From a virus (Duplodnaviria > Caudoviricetes): a DNA stretch of 64,000 nucleotides. A program made the translations under genes and the position numbers. Position 1 is the stretch's first letter. Every line of letters starts with the position of its first letter. This document shows positions 20,138-29,000 of this stretch, piece after piece. The notes beneath the pieces were generated by a model. That model had not been told where the DNA came from. It worked only from the letters and a program-made list of their open reading frames with translations, and searched no databases. The stretch is from positions 42,064 to 106,063 of IMG/VR virus record IMGVR_UViG_3300013426_000023. One strand, given 5' to 3'.

Positions 20138-20851
20138 TCAATCCTCCCAATTATCTGTTGTACCAATCAACTTTGCTGTCTCCTCATTGTAAGGAATACA
20201 TTGCTTATAGTCATCATCAACGCAAACATACCAATTATTACTATCTTTGTGACTAAAAATGTCGCATTTCCAATGATTGTCATTGTTATCTTTCACCAAC
20301 ACTTTGTCAAATGGCTTTGGATTCCACTTAGGCTTGATAAGTTCTACTTCCAAGGTCTCCATGTTTAGTTTGCCACCAAGTCTCTCTTCAATGGTGTTGA
20401 GGAAATATTCCCCTGACTCTTCATCTTCCTTCATGAACAAAGAAGTCAAAGGCTGGTTCTCTGACAGATACTTGATGTTATTCTCATTCCTGCTATTCAA
20501 CCAATGTTTTGCCTTGAATTGAGTATAGTCATCATTATACCAGCCTTCAAAGACACATTCACATGTACCCTCATTGTTAGCCAGCACATCGCCTTTCTTC
20601 CAGGCGAACTTACCCCAGTCCCTCATGGCATTGGAAGGAAAGAGCATCATTTCACCACCTGCGGTATATCTGCCGTATTTGTCAAAAGAGTATTCTCCAA
20701 ACTTGTTTTCCGTCCAAATTGCCTCCACGCTATCCTCATTATCTGAAAGATAGCCAAAGTTCGTCTTCCCGACCATAGGGGAATATAAAACAGTACCTTT
20801 TGGCATCTGTGCCAATATCTCTGCTATGTTAATTAATTGATTATTTTTCAT
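20138..20851 (-). CDS. Hypothetical phage protein
   Basis: PKGTVLYSPMVG, LFPS..MRDW, KPFDKVLVKD...CIPYNEETAKLIGTT. Confidence 0.75.
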   Translation of the reverse strand: MKNNQLINIAEILAQMPKGTVLYSPMVGKTNFGYLSDNEDSVEAIWTENKFGEYSFDKYGRYTAGGEMMLFPSNAMRDWGKFAWKKGDVLANNEGTCECVFEGWYNDDYTQFKAKHWLNSRNENNIKYLSENQPLTSLFMKEDEESGEYFLNTIEERLGGKLNMETLEVELIKPKWNPKPFDKVLVKDNNDNHWKCDIFSHKDSNNWYVCVDDDYKQCIPYNEETAKLIGTTDNWED

Positions 20852-20876
20852 CTTATGTTATTTTAATTGTTTGTTG

Positions 20877-21077
20877 CTATAATAAATGTTGTAATCTATA
20901 TGTAAGTAATTTCCTACACATTCTTATCTTGGTGTCATAAAGTTTACTATTGTCTTTCTTATAATACCATAATAATATCTCTATTCTGTTGATACAATGA
21001 TGTATCTCTATATATGGTCTATAGACAGACAGTACTATAAATGACAATAGGATTGTTGATGAAATAAATATTATCAT
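20877..21077 (-). CDS. Small TM protein
   Basis: Hydrophobic N-terminus. Confidence 0.5.
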   Translation of the reverse strand: MIIFISSTILLSFIVLSVYRPYIEIHHCINRIEILLWYYKKDNSKLYDTKIRMCRKLLTYRLQHLL

Positions 21078-21192
21078 GACATTATAATTTAGTAAAAAAC
21101 TAATAGAACTATCTTCACAGACAGTTCTATGACAAATACTCTTAATACTCTAACAAAAAGTAAAATTAACTAAAATATATTCGTATGACACA

Positions 21193-21501
21193 TTATTCAT
21201 CAAATACTTGATAGCTGTCCAATACACCACAGAAATTTTCTGCAAGTCTATTTAAATGACATTCAAGTCTTTTAACCTTAGACATTCTTACCCAATCTCC
21301 AGACTTCATCCATTCAGGACTTTCCTTTGAAGTCATATAGTTATATGCTTCCGTAGTAAGGTTAATCACTCTTATTCTTACAGGAGAAGGAGACATCTTG
21401 AAGTTAATGTCTGTTGGATTCATACCCTTTGGTTTTACAGTGAAGTTTACTGATTTTTCAACTCCACCTTCCTTAATGTTTACTGAAACTTTAATATCCA
21501 T
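21193..21501 (-). CDS. Hypothetical protein
   Basis: 102-aa ORF. Confidence 0.7.
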   Translation of the reverse strand: MDIKVSVNIKEGGVEKSVNFTVKPKGMNPTDINFKMSPSPVRIRVINLTTEAYNYMTSKESPEWMKSGDWVRMSKVKRLECHLNRLAENFCGVLDSYQVFDE

Positions 21502-21733
21502 AATATTTATTTTTGTTATAATGTTTTAATTCGTTAATTGTTTCCAATGCAAAATCTATTGCAGATGACATAAGAACAAAAAGCCTCTCATTGTCTTTTA
21601 TTGAAAGAAGTAAATCTGTGACTTGGTTTATCTTTGCAATTTCCTTTGCATTTGTCATATTGTATTTATCGACAAATGCTTTTGTGACCTCATTACTATG
21701 CTTCATGATGCCATGTAATTTCTTATCCTTCAT
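21491..21733 (-). CDS. Hypothetical protein
   Basis: 80-aa ORF. Confidence 0.65.
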   Translation of the reverse strand: MKDKKLHGIMKHSNEVTKAFVDKYNMTNAKEIAKINQVTDLLLSIKDNERLFVLMSSAIDFALETINELKHYNKNKYYGY

Positions 21734-21973
21734 TGTTATGAATGTTTTATTAAAAGGTTAACAGTTTACTTTCATTTGAAAGAAACTGTTATGTAAAGAA
21801 AGTCAGTTAGTTTTCTTCTTGAAAATTTCCCTAAAAAGTCAAATGTTCTTTATGGACTGAACTTAGTTTAATATAACCCGTTTACTGATTTTTTAATGTC
21901 TTAACAGTTCTTGCAGTCTCTATGACAGATAAATTATTATCATCATACACTTTAAAATGTTGTGAAAGTGTAA

Positions 21974-22459
21974 CTAAAGCATAAAGTTCTTCACCCATTC
22001 CTCATACAATGCATCTCTCAATATGGTCTTGAAGTTTGGGTTATCAACCACTGACTCTGCATCCTCTTTCTGATAGAAAAGAGGAGTAAAGCCAGTATAA
22101 CACTTTGCAGGTAATACTTCAAAAACACGAGTATCAGCATTGTAGGCTATATAATAGCCTTCTTTACTACTGCTAAATCCCTTGTTAACATCTTTAAATA
22201 TTTTAGAATTATAGTACCTTACAATATTAAATAGCTTTGCAAGTGCCCATAGCTTTTGAAATTGAAGGTTTCTAAATGATGCAAACTTATTTATTATCCT
22301 GGCATAATCAGTAGCATCTGAGGTTCCTATTTTAACATCCTCATAAGAAATTTCCTTCTTCTTGAATACTATACTGCCTTTTTCTAAATCAGTGTTCTGC
22401 TTGTCAATCTCCATTCCATTTGGGATTTCTATTTTAAATGTGATATTTTTCTTTTCCAT
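21974..22459 (-). CDS. Hypothetical phage protein
   Basis: Probable start MEKKNI; KIEIPNGMEIDK motif. Confidence 0.7.
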   Translation of the reverse strand: MEKKNITFKIEIPNGMEIDKQNTDLEKGSIVFKKKEISYEDVKIGTSDATDYARIINKFASFRNLQFQKLWALAKLFNIVRYYNSKIFKDVNKGFSSSKEGYYIAYNADTRVFEVLPAKCYTGFTPLFYQKEDAESVVDNPNFKTILRDALYEEWVKNFML

Positions 22460-22569
22460 GTCTTTAAGCTTGATGTTCAACAAAAGCTCCTGTAGGAAGT
22501 AGAATGGATAGTTCCATCACTACTCTCCTATAGGAACAAAATGCAAACAAAAAATTTAAACAGCAATAT

Positions 22570-22854
22570 TTAAATGTACTTCAAATATTCATATCTTACA
22601 GGTTGAAGGTTTCTCAGGTTCTCGAACATAATCCATTTCTTCAAGTACTTGGGATTATTACATAGAAACTTTGTGTTGTCACTCACAAGCAATACATATT
22701 TGTATCTATTGATAATCTCCTCACATAGCTGAATGTTGCTGATGGACTTGTTCCTTGACAGCCTTATGTTGTTCAACCTATAATATCTTCTAAGGGCAAA
22801 CAACAAGTCAGCCCCTCTCTTTCTTGTAAGTACCATTTTATTTTTTACTTCCAT
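22570..22854 (-). CDS. Hypothetical basic protein
   Basis: 94-aa ORF. Confidence 0.6.
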   Translation of the reverse strand: MEVKNKMVLTRKRGADLLFALRRYYRLNNIRLSRNKSISNIQLCEEIINRYKYVLLVSDNTKFLCNNPKYLKKWIMFENLRNLQPVRYEYLKYI

Positions 22855-23008
22855 ATAGTCCTATAATATTAATAATTGTACCCACTAAAAACATAACAAA
22901 AAAGAAAAAGAATGTACTATTTATTGTCATACAATAAGCTGACAAAATAGTTAATATAATACCACATATCGTAGTAATATAATAAAAGATATTTGATAAA
23001 TATTTCAT
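22838..23008 (-). CDS. Small two-TM protein (56 aa, not in ORF track)
   Basis: Manual translation MKYLSNIFYYITTICGIILTILSAYCMTINSTFFFFFVMFLVGTIINIIGLYGSKK. Confidence 0.5.
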   Translation of the reverse strand: MKYLSNIFYYITTICGIILTILSAYCMTINSTFFFFFVMFLVGTIINIIGLYGSKK

Positions 23009-23568
23009 TTTAGTTTTTTATTTTTAATAATCCAATCCATACGATTGTTAATAACTTTGAAGTTGTTAGCTTCAGAAAAAGTGCAAAAAGCTCTTACTAT
23101 TTCGTTTGTGCTATCTAATACATAATACATATTATAAATAATTAAACATCAGATGTAACAAAGAGTTACACCTGATGTGAATTAAACATTTACTTATAAC
23201 AATAATATTTACTTAAATAACGGTTTCTTCTTATATTTCTTTGATTCCTCGATTGATTCAAGGAAATATAATTCAGCTTTAGCATTTGTAACTTTAGTTA
23301 CATGACCATTCTTAACGACAGTCTTTGATGTTTCATTGTAGCAAATAGCTACTTTCTTACAATATTTTTCCATTTTATTAAGTATTAAATGTTTATGAAA
23401 GTTGTTTTACTTTAAAAGCAATAGCTTTAAATTTTAATATATGTTTATGTAATGCAAAATATTTACATTCTGCAATACCTTCTTTTATAGTTTTGTTAGA
23501 CTTGACTGTTCTTACTAAATAATAATTTGGTTTAAACAATCTATAAAACTTGATTAAATATTTATGTT

Positions 23569-23760
23569 TCATTTCTTTGTTTTTAATAAGTTATTTACTA
23601 ATTTCTGTTTCTTTATTGAACTCTCAATGATGTCAAGAATGTCAATAACATTTTCTAATAGAGATTTATCTACAGAATCTAATAATTCTTTATTATTATT
23701 AATAAGTACTGCAATTCTTGCCATATCAGTACAAATATATTCAATATCTTTGAAATTCAT
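23569..23760 (-). CDS. Hypothetical helical protein
   Basis: 63-aa ORF. Confidence 0.6.
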   Translation of the reverse strand: MNFKDIEYICTDMARIAVLINNNKELLDSVDKSLLENVIDILDIIESSIKKQKLVNNLLKTKK

Positions 23761-23764
23761 AGTT

Positions 23765-24046
23765 CTATTTATTTATTATTTTAGGATTATTTTTTGTAGA
23801 GAGATATTTATTAATAATAATCTGTCTTGCAGATAAATAATCATCTCCTCTATCACCATCAAAATATGCTTCATTCTCATTTTCAATATCGTCAAAGAGA
23901 AATTCAGCAGCATCATAATAATTTCTCAAGTCTATTAGTTCTTGATTATTCTTATTAAATACTTTGTTTTGACAGTTTATTGTGTATACACTTAGACATA
24001 GTAATGTTGTACTTACTATTGCCCATATTAATAATAGTTTTTTCAT
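23765..24046 (-). CDS. Exported or membrane-anchored small protein
   Basis: MKKLLLIWAIVSTTLLCLSVY signal/TM. Confidence 0.65.
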   Translation of the reverse strand: MKKLLLIWAIVSTTLLCLSVYTINCQNKVFNKNNQELIDLRNYYDAAEFLFDDIENENEAYFDGDRGDDYLSARQIIINKYLSTKNNPKIINK

Positions 24047-24050
24047 TGTT

Positions 24051-24206
24051 TTATAGGTTTATTATATCTCTATTAAATATTATATCTAATATATTTGCAA
24101 TTATACTTAATAGTAAAAATATAATTGCTCCTATCTTAAAACCATTGTCTATATTTGAATAGACAATTATAAGACAAAAAATAAGAGTAAGAAGAATTAA
24201 AAACAT
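24051..24206 (-). CDS. Small two-TM protein (51 aa, not in ORF track)
   Basis: Manual translation MFLILLTLIFCLIIVYSNIDNGFKIGAIIFLLLSIIANILDIIFNRDIINL. Confidence 0.5.
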   Translation of the reverse strand: MFLILLTLIFCLIIVYSNIDNGFKIGAIIFLLLSIIANILDIIFNRDIINL

Positions 24207-24236
24207 AATTATAATGTTATTAATAACAGAAGAATA

Positions 24237-24452
24237 TTAATATATATTCTCTATTGTTGTCATTACTTCATTAAGAATATTACTTTTCTCTTCTTGTTTT
24301 AATAACATTTTAATAGTATTGACCAAATGGTTGTTGTCCATATCCTTGATAGAAATTTGTCTACCATCTTTGGTAGTCCAATAGATAGAGCCAGAGTTGC
24401 GCTGTCTAAGCCACAACTCCAGCTTTAGGTCTTGTAATGTTGCTTGTTTCAT
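24237..24452 (-). CDS. Small conserved phage protein
   Basis: WTTKDGRQISIKDMDNNHLVNTIKML motif. Confidence 0.7.
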   Translation of the reverse strand: MKQATLQDLKLELWLRQRNSGSIYWTTKDGRQISIKDMDNNHLVNTIKMLLKQEEKSNILNEVMTTIENIY

Positions 24453-24454
24453 GT

Positions 24455-24649
24455 TTATTTTTTGTTTTCTAATTCAAGATTATCTCTAATAATGCAGCCA
24501 ACATCACCAAGATTATCAACTACTGCTTCCAAGGCAGTAGTGATTCTCTTGTTGTCGTTTGCACTAAAAGATGTGTTGCCTTTATGTCTAAGGATGATAT
24601 TTACCAATGCTTCAACTTCATCCATAAGTAAATTGTTGTACTTGCTCAT
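24455..24649 (-). CDS. Hypothetical protein
   Basis: 64-aa ORF. Confidence 0.6.
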   Translation of the reverse strand: MSKYNNLLMDEVEALVNIILRHKGNTSFSANDNKRITTALEAVVDNLGDVGCIIRDNLELENKK

Positions 24650-24689
24650 TTATTCTTTGTAATATTTAAAGGGTTAAACTATAGCTGAC

Positions 24690-24986
24690 TTAATATAGTA
24701 AGTCATCTATAATCTTATATGCTTTAATAGTTTCTTCATTCTTGTTATGTTTTAAAATATCAAGAACTTGCTCTAATTTATTTTTAATCTCAATAGAGAG
24801 ATTAACAGATATTTCTTGAATAGCCTTAAGTTCACCTAAAGTAGTCTTTTCTGGCTTAACTCTACTAAAATTAACATCTTCTATCTTACCACAATGCTCT
24901 AAAGCATAAGCAGTAGCTTCAATAGCTGAAAGTGTATGAGTTATTTTCATATTTTTATAATATTTATTACCATTATGTAGTATCAT
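24690..24986 (-). CDS. Hypothetical protein
   Basis: 98-aa ORF (start may be MKITHT). Confidence 0.6.
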   Translation of the reverse strand: MILHNGNKYYKNMKITHTLSAIEATAYALEHCGKIEDVNFSRVKPEKTTLGELKAIQEISVNLSIEIKNKLEQVLDILKHNKNEETIKAYKIIDDLLY

Positions 24987-25134
24987 AATTGTTTATTTGT
25001 TTTAAATGTTTTTAACTAATAAAATTAATAATATTTTATAATAGAATATAAAACAAATAGTTTTATATAAAAGTATAAAATGCTATTGATTTTTGTATTG
25101 ATGTGAAAACAGTATTACATAGATAAGTTATTAA

Positions 25135-25161
25135 AATAAGAGTGTTGGGTTTCCCCAACAC
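25135..25161 (-). terminator. Hairpin/terminator after first early gene
   Basis: Minus strand GTGTTGGG-GAAA-CCCAACAC then TCTTATTTT. Confidence 0.7.
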
Positions 25162-25176
25162 ACCTACTTTAGTCTC

Positions 25177-25458
25177 TTACAGTGTATATTTGTCCTTTAC
25201 ACCATTTCCAACTACCATTAAGCAAGGTACCCATGTTGCACCATCATCAATGCTGCATTCAGCATATTGCAAGTCTGCTGCCTGACCTCCAGCTTCAATC
25301 TTTGCCATAGCTGGCTTTGAGATGTAGCCTGTGATTTCACCGCATACAAAGAAGAAACTATTAGGTTTCTTAGGGTTTTCCCTGATGTGCAAAGAATCGT
25401 TGTTAATTGACTTCAAAGATTCAACACTCATTCTGTTTCTGCTAATAATTGCATTCAT
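25177..25458 (-). CDS. First gene of the leftward arm, hypothetical
   Basis: 93-aa ORF with strong A-rich leader. Confidence 0.75.
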   Translation of the reverse strand: MNAIISRNRMSVESLKSINNDSLHIRENPKKPNSFFFVCGEITGYISKPAMAKIEAGGQAADLQYAECSIDDGATWVPCLMVVGNGVKDKYTL

Positions 25459-25610
25459 AGTCTAATGTTTTAAATGTTAATAATGTTAATGGTCACAGGG
25501 GATTATCCCAAAGTGCCGAAGGCTAGGGGGGGTTTGGGGTGGTTATCCCACATTCATGTAACTCCAATAAAATTTCAAAAAAAATAAAAAATAATTTTTT
25601 CACTTATTTA

Positions 25611-25642
25611 TTTGATAATTTAAAATTTTATTTGTACCTTTG
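25611..25642 (+). promoter_or_regulatory. Bacteroidota sigma promoter (-33 TTTG / -7 TACCTTTG)
   Basis: TTTG 25611-14, 20-nt spacer, TACCTTTG 25635-42. Confidence 0.8.
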
Positions 25643-25649
25643 CATTTAC

Positions 25650-25980
25650 AAGGAACATATAAGTACTTGCAGAGATTAATCAACTCTATAAACCATAGAT
25701 TGACCCAATATAGTAGGATTATATTTGAATGCAGCAAACTGAGAGAATAAAGGGTATCAGTAAAGGCTACAGGTAAGCATTCCTAGAGATAACAAGAGTG
25801 AAAAACAATAATATATAAACGGGATATAAGACTACTATATGGAAGCAAGCCATAATGCTGGCAGGGTCTCTTTATATAGTATAGATAATGATTGATTTAT
25901 TAATGCAAGGAATTAGGATTAATATATTAGAATATGAATGGAGTAAAAAGAGTGGTAATTAAGTTTATTACTCTTTTTTG
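25650..25980 (+). ncRNA. Predicted structured non-coding RNA (~330 nt)
   Basis: Own promoter and terminator; no convincing ORF (ATG-started frames checked are under 20 aa); nested long-range stems (see findings). Confidence 0.6.
25944..25979 (+). terminator. Intrinsic terminator
   Basis: AAAAAGAGTGGTAA-loop-TTATTACTCTTTTTT. Confidence 0.75.
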
Positions 25981-25987
25981 TTTTACA

Positions 25988-26019
25988 CTTGTAAGAATAA
26001 AAAATTATTTATATCTTTG
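25988..26019 (+). promoter_or_regulatory. Bacteroidota sigma promoter
   Basis: CTTG, 20-nt spacer, TATCTTTG 26012-19. Confidence 0.8.
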
Positions 26020-26044
26020 CAGTAAAATTTAAATAATATTATTT

Positions 26045-29000
26045 ATGTGGAATAATTTAAGTATACAAGATAAAGCTTCATATATAAGAGAAGCAGTAGC
26101 AAATGGTATATATAATAGAAGAGATATTATCTCTAACTATAATTCATTTGCCAAGGGTGGCTATAAGCCTTCAGATAAAGTAAAGAAAGATATAGCTACT
26201 TGGGAAGGTTCTTCAATGAAAACAAACAGAAGTTTTGAAGCTGAGGCAAACGACTTTAATAAGTATTTACCTAAAGGAGCTTTAAACAAATTAACACAAT
26301 CACAATTAGATGCACTATATTCTTATTCCTATAATGTAGGAGCAGGAAATTTCAATAAAAGAGTAGTACCTGTACTTACACAATATTTGAATGGTAAAGC
26401 TACTAAAGAAGATGTGCAAAAGTCTATGTGGGCTTCAAAGGATAATGAATTAAGAGGTCTTACTAGAAGAAGAAATTGGGAGAGAGAAGGATTTGGTGGT
26501 AATTATAGAACCATGTTTACTGGTACAGGAGGAACACCTAATTATTATGGTTATAGAGATTCAAGAATACCTAGTTCAGATTCTACTAATCAAGTAGCAC
26601 AATTTGATGATAATGTCACTAAACCCACAGACTTTATATCAAGTGTAAATGGATTTACTTTAGACCAAATAAATGAAGCTATGAATAATAGTACATATAA
26701 GCCTATTAATAATGTAGAAAATCAAGAATCTTCTCTTCCTCCTACAGGAACAGCGTTTACTATACCTTCATTAAATACAATGTATAATCCTATAGAATCA
26801 GCTAAACCAGATTATAGTTATACACAATCAATACTTACAGATTTTGATAATACGCTGTATGGCAATGATATAAATGACGAGGATAATATGTTTGATAAAG
26901 GTGGTAATCTATTTTTTGTTGGAGGACAACAACAAAGAATAACTGAAGCAAAACCTTATATATTTAAAAATGGAAAACTTGTAGCTAATCCTCAATATCA
27001 TCAACCTGATAGAGGGGTAGCTTTACCATTGGGTTTTCCTTCAATTTTTAATGCAAATAAAGACTATTTACCTGACCCATTATTTAATATATTAACGTTA
27101 GGTAGGAATATATATAATATAGATTATAAAGGACTTAAAGAAGCATATAAAGTATTAAAACAAAAATACACAAAAAAAGGTTTTAATTTAAGCAAGGAAT
27201 ATCCAGATTGGGAATCAGCTTTAAAAAAGGTATTTGATGAACTTGGAGACTTTTTAATTCCTGGACTTAAATATGGTGGTAGTTTAAATAAATTTGAAGA
27301 TGGTGGAAATGAAAATGAGGATAAAGGTTATAACTATGTAGATGCAGATAATCTAAGACATAAAGATTTTTTAAATCTTATCAATGTAGATGGTAAATTA
27401 ATGGATAGTGATAACAATACTTATAATTTACAAGCATTAGATAGAGAACATACTCCTGTAATACAAGGTACTAATATGTTAGCTAAGAAAATGGCAGAGG
27501 ACATGGCTTATGCTAATGCTAAAAAATATTTTGACTCTAATACTACTATTGATTTTATTAATGCTGCTACATTAGGCTTATTAAATAGAGGTTCTATATC
27601 ACAAGATGCTAGATTAATAAAAGATGCTTATAATACAGCTTTTGGTGATATGACATATGACCAATTAATTAATAGTGCAACATTAGGAAATGAAGGTATA
27701 TTTGAAAATCCTTTATATAACACATTAATAGATTTTGCTATTCCTTTAGGAACTTATGGTACTAATCAATTATTAAATACAAATAAAGCTAAAAATTTAA
27801 TAGCATCGTTAGTAACAAAAAACTCATTACTTCCTAAGAATTTTTCCCCTAATTATCTTTCAATTAATATAAATAATGGAGATAGTGATTTAATTAAAAA
27901 TATTCATAATAAAAATTTAGCTGAAAAATTAAGGACTGCTTATTTAACTAGATTTGGAGAAAATAAAGTATTGAATTTAAATAATAATTATTTTAGAAGT
28001 TCAAAACAATTACCTACAATAATGGAAGAATTTAATCCTTATCAAAATTATCCTGTAGGAGAGTATACATCTAAGGAGATACAAGATTATTATAGTCAAG
28101 TGATGTTACCTCTAATGAAAAGATATAATATATCTGCTCCAAAGAAAGTAAAGCCAGCAATTATTACAGTACCTGATAATATTAATAAAAATATAAGAGG
28201 ATGGTACAATCCTTGGTTAGATATTCCATTTTTAAGAGCTGTGGGAATAGATGGTAAATTAACAAATAGTATAAAAAATGGTTTATTTAATTCTACATAT
28301 CTACACGAGGCAGCTTCTCATGGTACTGATGAATTATTGGATAATCTTAATTTAATGTCAAAATATAAATTTGAATCATTTCTACCAAATGATTATGTAT
28401 TTCATCCAAAAATAAGTGCTTCAAAATTAGGTGAAGAATTTAGAGCAACAATGAATGAGGTAAGACAATCATTGTTAGAAACACGTAAAGAATTTAATGG
28501 CTTAGATTATTTTTATCCACAAGGAAAGGATTTAGAAAAAGCAATAGATGATATAGGTATTAATTTATTAATGAATAAAATGGGTATTACAAATGCATAC
28601 GGTGAAGATTATTTTAATGCTTGGAATAATTTAAAGAATAGAGCTAACAATGGTAATTTAAGAGACATACAAAATTTAATTAATTTTGAAAATAATATTA
28701 AGGATGCTTTTAAATATCTTCCTGCTATTGGAACAGGTGTTATAGGTACAACAGCCTTAAATAATAAGGAAAAAGCATTAGGAGGACCATTAAATGCTTA
28801 TGCAGGGGGAGGAATCTTAGATATAATAAGTAATTTCTTTACAGACAATAAACAATCTCAAATTAAACCAAAAGTATATATAAGTTTAAGTGGACAACAT
28901 TTTAAAACAGCACATGAAGCTGCTATAGATAATTTTAACTTACAAAAAGGTAGAGGAAAATATGCTCCAAAGAATATAAATTATATTGTAAAAGCAGGTG

